Source: Octopus vulgaris
Taxonomy: Eukaryota
Length of the DNA stretch: 64,000 nucleotides
Assembly: GCA_951406725.2 (NCBI GenBank)
Contig: OX597826.1
Location: 59,768,001-59,832,000, forward strand
Reading direction: 5' to 3'
The notes beneath the pieces are model-generated. The model was not told where the DNA came from, made no database searches, and saw only the letters and a list, made by a program, of their open reading frames with translations. Within the stretch, counting starts at the first letter, position 1. Each line of letters starts with the position of its first letter. Position numbers and translations under genes: made by a program. Of the stretch, positions 55,897 to 64,000 are shown one piece after another.

Positions 55897-56306
55897 TTAT
55901 ATATAAAGAGAAAGAGATATAGGGAGACAGAGAGACAGAAAGAGAGAAAGAGAATGAAGGTAGTAGGGGTTTTAAAAGTCAGGAAGAGAACAAGAAAAGC
56001 AAAGGACAGAGTGAATAACCAGAAAAAGAAAGAGAAAATATATTGTGTGATTGGGAAAGTGGAAAATGCAAAGATAATAAGGTTGCCCTGAAGAAAGAGA
56101 AACTGCAGTCCATTTAGTTACATAGTAATTTTCACATAGCAACTAGTTGTTTAGTGATGGTAAAGAGGACATGTTGTTAATAAGCGATAAGAAAGCAGTA
56201 CATCAATGAATTCCTATGTGATAACATATACGCTATACTGTGTGAAAGTGTTGATATTATCTCGTGAATGCTTTCACATAGCTACAGGAAGAGTGATGTA
56301 TGTGTA

Positions 56307-56393
<87 letters not shown>

Positions 56394-56880
56394 TGTGTGT
56401 AGGTGTGTACAGAAGGAGACAATAAGATGTGACGCGAGATGCTAGATGTGAGACGTGAGATGTGAGATATATTTTATTTATCAATCAATAAAGGTCTCGT
56501 TTATATTTAGAAATATCAGCGGCGTTGAAGGCAGTAGTGATCGTAGTGGTTATGCCTTCTATGGTTAAGGTGCTTGTTTCGCAAACAAGCCAATCCCTAG
56601 TTTGAACTAGTCACACGTAAATGAAAGACGAAGGGTATTTCTGTCGGTGTTCATAATTTCATGTTAATATATTTGTAATATTATTGAACCTACAAAACAA
56701 AACATGAGATTCGGACTAGTAATAGAAGGTCTCGTTAGCTCCTAACAAATAAATAAAATTTATAAACTAAAAATGCACATTGAAACATTTTAACCTGATT
56801 TTAAATCTAGATGGATATACCAGTATGTGTTTCTCTTTCTCTTTATCCGTATATATAAGAAAAAAAAAAAAGATTCAGTT

Positions 56881-57471
56881 GACTAAATGTTTTCCTTCTC
56901 GCTAGACCACTGGTAGGAAAGAGTTTTTCTATTAATTTTTCCTGCTACCCAAAGATTTTTTAATTAATGATAAAAGGTTTTTTGGCTAATATTGAAAGAA
57001 ATATCGGCAATTTATTTACTGCCGGAAAGTTCCGCACATGGGCGGGGGATTTTGAAAAAAATTATAGCATATAAACACGAGGCATGTTCTTTATCGCCTC
57101 GTGTCTATATGTGAGCCCTAGCATTCTGCCGACGAAGCAACTCCAGTTGTAAATTAAAATTAATTTATTTTTGTTTACATAAGATTGCAGAAACTATGCA
57201 TAGTCCAGGAAATATAGGGTAAATGTTTTTATTTTTCATTCCCTTTCAGAATTGCAACTATTAGTGGCTTGGAGTTTTAACTGCGCTTTCTAGTGATTCA
57301 GATGTCCTATTATGGTCATCTCTTATGTGTTTAAATGTACACTGTATTTTTCTATGAGTAATATATAGTCTATCGACTAAATTTTTTCCTCGCTAGACCA
57401 CTGGTAGCAAAGAATTTTTCTATTAATTTTTTCTGCTACCCTAAGATTTTTTTAATTAATGATAAAAGGTT
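56881..57471 (+). mobile_element. Retrozyme-like element subfamily B, ~1.2 units (491-494-bp unit)
   Basis: GCTAGACCACTGGTAG at 56901 and 57392 (period 491); ~95-bp terminal direct repeat; ends at TATATA. Confidence 0.82.
57124..57210 (+). ncRNA. Type I hammerhead ribozyme, U4C core variant
   Basis: TTCTG-CCGACGA(57129-35)-...-GAAA(57190-93)-CTATGCATAG-TC-CAGGA. Confidence 0.72.
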
Positions 57472-57669
57472 ATATATACATTATCGATAATAACACAGCT
57501 GAACAAGTAGGTTGCTATTTGGCGTGGTGGAGACTACTCCCCCAAAATGTCGGATGTTAGAGAATCTGTGTCATAGATGGGCGAGACATATCACATGGCC
57601 CTTTGCGAGAGCAAGATCCACTACTCCAACGCGTATATCTGATTTTGCAAGTAAGCTCCTCATATATAT

Positions 57670-58197
57670 ATGGGGTTATTCAAAAAGAATGAACCGATTT
57701 CATTACACAATATTTTAATAAGGAAATGTAATAGAAAGCTCCAGCTAAGCCACAAGTATTTACTCACAATCAACTGTTCTTTCCCGTCTTACAAGTGTTC
57801 AACGTCGCCACTACCTGCTGCACGGGCAACATTTTTCCCAGACGCGTATCAGCATATCAAAAAAAATTTCATGGAACTAAAGAATAAATTTGCTTAGGTT
57901 GGGGGGATTCCAGAAGATATTGATAGAGAAGAGAGAGGGTAAAACTTCGATAAAGCTTTCAGTCAGACAGAGAAAAAAGTACTCAGTGGATCGTGATATA
58001 CTAATACGCGTCTGGGGGGAATTCTCTTATTGCATTGATGTTGCCCGTGCTGCAGTTGGTGGCCACATTGAACATTTGTAAGACAGGAAATAAAAGTTGA
58101 TTGTGAGTAAATACTTGTGACTTAGGTGGAGCCTTCTATTGTTTTTCCTTATTAAAATATTGCGAAATGAAATCGATTCATTCTGTTTCAATAACCC

Positions 58198-58200
<3 letters not shown>
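57670..58200. mobile_element. Foldback MITE with ~165-bp imperfect inverted arms derived from a Tc1/mariner-family 3' end
   Basis: 57672-57832 is the reverse complement of 58037-58198; right half encodes VWGEFSYCIDVARAAVGGHIEHL*; TA-flanked. Confidence 0.8.
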
Positions 58201-58257
<57 letters not shown>

Positions 58258-58446
58258 GAGGAGGGTGCATTTATATCAGCATATGTATAACGAAATCACC
58301 TCAGATATTTATCTCCGATAATTACTTATAATTATCTCTCTTTCGAAGACATTCAGAAATATTCTTTTCTTTACTAAAAGCACTTAGAGAAAATCATAGG
58401 AACTTAGTTAACAGGCTAGTGAGAGAATTGTAGAAGACAGAGAAGG

Positions 58447-58478
<32 letters not shown>

Positions 58479-58531
58479 AAATAAAGAAACATATTCTATA
58501 TATACACGTGTATGTCTAATTCGCTCTCTCT

Positions 58532-58593
<62 letters not shown>

Positions 58594-58986
58594 ACGCATA
58601 TACATACATGCATGCATGCATGTAAGAGATCGATGTTGAAGAAATGTAATTTAATGAAGCATTGAACATAGATATTCAACAATTTTCTTTCTGAAAGGGA
58701 ATATTGGAGAAAGGCGAAATGAATTAAATAAAAGAGGTCTTCTATAGAATAGAATTTGCGCGCAGAAAATCACACAAAATCCCTCCCATATATAGATCCT
58801 CACACAAACGTAAAAACTTTCACATATTCGCTCAAACATCACACAGGCACACACACACATACACACACATACTCACGCACACATATACACACATAAACAG
58901 ACACACATGTATACGCGCGTGCTCACACACACACACCATACGCACACACAAACAGACGCACATATATATATATATATATATATATA

Positions 58987-59778
58987 TACGAGGATGTACC
59001 CCAAAGGAATCGGAGTTTTGCAATGTTATTTCGTTCACTTAGTTTTACCTGTTTACACGTTTATTGCTCTCAAAGTATTGTCCATTTGAAGCAATGCATC
59101 GGTCCATATTCGTTTCTCGAAGCAGTCCTGGAAATCTTGCAAAATGATGGCTTTTAATGCCCGCGTCGTTTTTTCTTCAGCTCTTCCATATCGGCAAATT
59201 CCGTAGCACCAGCTTTCCTCCCCAGTGAAAACCTTCGAAAAGAGGCCCGGATCAAATTCCAACTGTTCTTTCACTTCACTGCATTTGACCTTCCGTGAGA
59301 AAGCGAGGCACACATTTTCCTGGAAGTCTTTTCATTGGCAAATACTCGCTTACAAACGCATCAGTCATATGAACAAGTCCGTCAATTGTTTGGTGATGTT
59401 CCTCCAAGATGAGTTTCATGATGTTTTTTTTTTATTCCATCGAGAAGTTGATGGACGCCGTGAACGAGGTTGGTGTTCAAGCGACAAGTCACAAACCCTG
59501 ATGCGTGAACACCACTCGTAAACTAGTGTATTGCTCATGATAGCGTCATTATAAGTTGTTTCAAGCATAACAACTGTTTCTGCCGCTGTTTTACCCAGCA
59601 GAAAACAGAATATCACAGAAAGACGCTGCTCCTTCGCTTGTGACATCACAAAAATCGACAAACAGGGGTGAAGAAATGTAAAACAAGGACTTACCAGTAA
59701 GAGTACAATTAACAATGCCGGTCGGCATGCTGATGCCTAGTGGTTTCAAGCTGCGTTTACTTTTTGGTACCCCCTCTT
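58987..59778 (-). mobile_element. Internally deleted mariner transposon
   Basis: TIR-like ends CGAGGATGTACCCCAAAG / TTTTTGGTACCCCCTC; ORFs EQRLSVIFCFLLGKTAAET..QPRSRRPST and VFTGEESWCYG. Confidence 0.88.
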
Positions 59779-59791
59779 ATATATACATACA

Positions 59792-59852
<61 letters not shown>

Positions 59853-59855
59853 TAT

Positions 59856-59889
<34 letters not shown>

Positions 59890-59907
59890 TTACATAATTA
59901 GGTCATA

Positions 59908-59975
59908 TAGGCGCAGACGTGCTGTGTGGTAAGAATCTTGCTTTCCACCCATATGGGTCCGGGTTCAGTTCCGAG
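59908..59975 (+). mobile_element. SINE family A head fragment
   Basis: AGGCGCAGACGTGCTGTGTGGTAAG..GGGTTCAGTTCC. Confidence 0.75.
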
Positions 59976-59993
59976 TTTGATTCTAGGCAGTGA

Positions 59994-60070
<77 letters not shown>

Positions 60071-60072
<2 letters not shown>

Positions 60073-60436
60073 TGAAAATGTGGCATCTCAAGGCGGTTAC
60101 AATACCAGTGATCGTAGGAGCACTAGGAATGATCAAGAAGGGAACCGAAAATTATATGAGAATGATCCCTGGCTTACCATCCCTGCAAGAAGTGCAAAAG
60201 ATTGTCTTAACTGGTACATCACACGTATTGAGAAGAGCATTGTCGATGTGAGAACTGTTGCTGCTCATGCATTTTAATTTAACTTTAAAAAAAAAAAAAA
60301 AAAAAAAAAAATGATGAACGAACTACTGAGTTTGGTTTAATGGCCTACCAATATACACTATGAGTTTCTTTGCCCTAGGAGTCGGGAAGACACTCGGCAA
60401 GAAATGGAAGAAAATTTGAAAGAAGAAAAAAAAAAG

Positions 60437-60440
<4 letters not shown>
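60071..60440 (+). mobile_element. 5'-truncated R4/Dong-like LINE in (AAT)n, copy 1
   Basis: Open frame 60075-60251 KMWHLKAVTIPVIVGALGMIKKG..LQEVQKIVLTGTSHVLRRALSM*; 3'UTR; (AAT)n on both sides. Confidence 0.85.
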
Positions 60441-60483
<43 letters not shown>

Positions 60484-60484
60484 T

Positions 60485-60876
60485 AATAAATATAAAGATC
60501 TTGAAATAGAAATCAGCAAAATGTGGAAGCTGAAGACTAAAACAATACCTGTTGTCATAGGTGCCCCGGGAATGATAGCGAAAGGGACTCATTGCTACCT
60601 AACTCAGATACCAGGAAACCCCAAAATGGCAGAAATTCAAAAGATAGTGCTCATGGGAACTGCTCATATCCTACGCAAAATACTCTCTATGTAATCCCAA
60701 GGTTTAAAACAAACTTTTTTTTTATGTATTAGACATTCTCTAGTACAACACCAAAAAAAGACAAAAAAAAAACAAAAACAAATATATGGCACAGAACTTC
60801 CAACCTGTTGTCTCTTGAGGTCTCTGGGTGAGACTTGGAGCCAACTTGTACAGACATAAAGCAAAAGTCAAACATA

Positions 60877-60880
<4 letters not shown>
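60485..60880 (+). mobile_element. 5'-truncated R4/Dong-like LINE in (AAT)n, copy 2 (different subfamily)
   Basis: Open frame 60488-60694 KYKDLEIEISKMWKLKTKTIPVVIGAPG..IQKIVLMGTAHILRKILSM*. Confidence 0.85.
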
Positions 60881-60938
<58 letters not shown>

Positions 60939-61032
60939 CCGAAAAATACCTTAGAAATGAGAACCCAGGTTCGAAATTTCCCCAGGACACCGGATGAAGG
61001 CTGGAGGGTATACATACATATATGTATGTATG

Positions 61033-61063
<31 letters not shown>

Positions 61064-61720
61064 ATATATATATATATACGTATATATATGTACATATATA
61101 TGTATATCTATGTATATATATATATATATGCACACGCACACATACACTCACGCACACACAAACGCACACATACACACACATATATATCAAAATAGCGACC
61201 AATGCAGTATGAGTGACGTACCGTACAGACAGACATATAAACATACATATATAGAAGATACCCAAAAAAAATCAATATATAGATTACTACTCTAATACAT
61301 AGGTAGATATATATGTATAGCGAGAGGGCTCAAAACGAATAAAGAAATTGGGAGGATGGGTGAGAGGAGTGTAAGTGTAGTGTGGAGGACTTTCTCTTCT
61401 CCTTAATCATATAAAGATTTTTAAGTTCTCATCCGGTCATCTCGTTAGTGGGTAATCTAGCATTAAATATTTCTGGTAATATAAGTTTTTTGACTTCCAA
61501 TTAGATGAGATATTTTTAAGAGTAACAAATCCGCACGCACACACACACACACACACGCACACGGCCGCACTTACATACACACACACACACGCACACAAGT
61601 ACATATTGACTGAAAAGTATTGAGCAATCAATCAACCCGTCAATATATCAATCTGTCAATATCTATACTGCTATATATATGTGTGTATATATATATGAAA
61701 TATATATATATATATATGAA

Positions 61721-61756
<36 letters not shown>

Positions 61757-61757
61757 A

Positions 61758-61789
<32 letters not shown>

Positions 61790-62574
61790 TGTATGTGTGC
61801 GTGTGCCAATATATATATATATGATCCGTATATATGTATATTTATATGCATTCATTCATTCATGATTTATAAATTAGATATTGTGTGTAGAATATCGGGT
61901 TAAAAAAAGACACAGATGGACATAGCCGAAGATGACCCGTAGGACACGAACTAAGATCTTCGAGGATGGTAGATATTTGACCGTTATACAGTAGGTGAAT
62001 TGAACACATTGCCAAAATATTTTCCGCTGATCCAGGAAGTGGAGCCTCATATGAGTGATGTGGTGGGCTCTATGCACAAGAATGACATTGAGAGGAAGGC
62101 CCTGAAACGACTCGCCTTTTCTCGTGGTGACGTCAAGTGCTTGCTAGCATCCGGTACACGGAGCCTTCAAGTGGTAGCACTTGATACTGAGGTCTTAGTG
62201 GCTTCTGCTTCCTGGATGTCTTGACTTTAATCAAAGACTTACATGGTGACTGTTAGAATATGCACTAATGATAAAACTACGTACAATAATTGAGGTATTC
62301 CCCTAAAATTTCACGCAGGTGCATATAAGCATGGCCAGAGTACCATTATTGAAACATTTCAAACATGTAAGGTAAAGGATACATCGAAGGAGAAATGGAT
62401 GATACTCTGTTGTTACCGCAGAAGAAGGATGAAGTATCTCACGACATAAGCACAAAACCAAGTGAGGCGACTTATGAATAATGCACATCATATCTACTAT
62501 TTTTACTCGACACAGGCTAGGCTTTGCTGACACGAACTAATGTGCTGCGTGGCAGAAAATACCAGATATTTTAT

Positions 62575-62627
<53 letters not shown>

Positions 62628-62656
62628 CATACATGCATACATACATGCATACATAC

Positions 62657-62706
<50 letters not shown>

Positions 62707-62709
62707 TCA

Positions 62710-62924
62710 TAAATGAGGGTAAAAAATTAGATATTAATTTAATAATGCCATCAGTTTAACACCAATTGTTCAGCATTAATTTATCTTTTCGTTGTATTTC
62801 GCTTTCCATACGTTGGAGGTAATGTTATTTCTTTTGTGGAAACAACTTCGGTGGCTATACCAGAATAAGGAGCTATTTCTTGTACTAGAGTTAACCACTT
62901 AACGGTAACTCTCTTATATTTACG

Positions 62925-62925
<1 letters not shown>
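62710..62925. mobile_element. Short structured insert in (TA)n, possibly a distant family C member
   Basis: Shares AGGGTAAAA start, TTCAGCA and GCTATTTCT..TAC..GAGT with family C; hairpin AGAGTTA/TAACTCT. Confidence 0.4.
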
Positions 62926-62965
<40 letters not shown>

Positions 62966-62974
62966 ATGTATAGT

Positions 62975-63319
62975 ACTCTTTTACTATTTTACCTGTTTCA
63001 GTCATTTCACTGTGGCCATGTTGGAGCACCGCTTTTAGTATGCTTTGTAAGCCTAGTACTTATTCTATCGGTCTCTTTTGCTGACGTAAACACACCAGCA
63101 TCAGTTGTCGGGTGATGTTGGGGGGAGGGGACAAACAGAGACACACAAACATATACACACACATACACGTATATAGATATATATATACGACGGACTTCTT
63201 CTACTTTCCGTCTACTAAATCCACTCAGAAGGCTTCGGTCGGCCCGAGGCTATATTAGAAGTCTGAACCCCGAATCATGTGGTTGGTAAGCAAGCTACTT
63301 ACCACACATCCACTCCTAC

Positions 63320-63322
<3 letters not shown>
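62975..63322 (-). mobile_element. SINE family A with internal deletions
   Basis: Tail and head both present on the minus strand. Confidence 0.88.
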
Positions 63323-63362
<40 letters not shown>

Positions 63363-63784
63363 AGGAAATTGGGGATCTACAAACGCTAATCAGATGCAGA
63401 ATTTACTAGGACGGCGTTGTGCAACGTATCATTGTTGTGGCTGCTAGCAGAAATGAGACTAGTGTATAGCTACTTCGATAACAGCAACGTAAATGTTCAT
63501 TGGCGTGTTTAGAGCTGAATAAATTCGTGAGTGATGAGAAAGAAAGAAACGGAAGGGATTAGGATGTCAAAGATTTTGTGGTGAAATAAACGACCATATG
63601 GATTACACTGGGGAACAGGGATTTTGTGGTCTGACGTTGGATACATATTTCCTACTGACTGTGTGGCGCTGCTTTCAAAAATGAAATCAATTTTGCTGTA
63701 TCACGTCACGATTTTTCACAAACTCAGATGTCCATTTTCAAACATTTTTGATATTGTCAGCATTTATAAGGATAGATTTGGCTT

Positions 63785-63938
63785 CATCAAATGCTGAGCC
63801 ATCTAGGGAGCTTGATATAATTTTGAAAATATAGATTTTCAATGTCATTTGAAGTAAATACATCAAATGCGGAGCCATCTATGGAGCTTGATATAATTTT
63901 GAAAATATAGATTTTCAATGTCATTTGAAGTAAATACA
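63785..63938 (+). repeat. 76-bp tandem duplication
   Basis: CATCAAATGC..GAAGTAAATA twice, with two substitutions. Confidence 0.93.
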
Positions 63939-64000
63939 ACTACGAAAGGGAAAACAAACGTCATGATTTAAATAAAAAAGTATCAAGCTTGAGCCACTTA

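Noticed and set aside
61900-62230. Exon or RTE-like fragment
   Set aside because: GC-richer island but no convincing motif or splice context by eye.

Overview
AT-rich, microsatellite-saturated eukaryotic non-coding DNA with no recognisable host exon. The SINE, LINE and mariner families resemble those of Octopus (coleoid cephalopod) genomes; this assignment is inference from pattern recognition. The window is a mosaic of four or five tRNA-derived SINE families, decayed LINEs (CR1-like RT, R4/Dong-like RLE, RTE), Tc1/mariner relics and MITEs, Penelope-like (PLE) GIY-YIG fragments and (TA)n/(AAT)n/(TACA)n/(CA)n tracts. Nearly all ORF-track entries are microsatellite artefacts. The main discovery is a non-coding ~491-nt element family inserted in (TA)n, occurring as slightly longer-than-unit, circularly permuted copies (748-1788 as a head-to-head inverted pair; 56881-57471; 53187-53558). 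Each copy carries a type I hammerhead ribozyme with a palindromic stem III and a long stem II insert. Two diverged subfamilies keep the same unit length and show compensatory changes in at least four other hairpins. This looks like a retrozyme (circular-RNA) system, with candidate PLE helper fragments carrying minimal hammerheads in the same window. Boundaries of decayed repeats are approximate.
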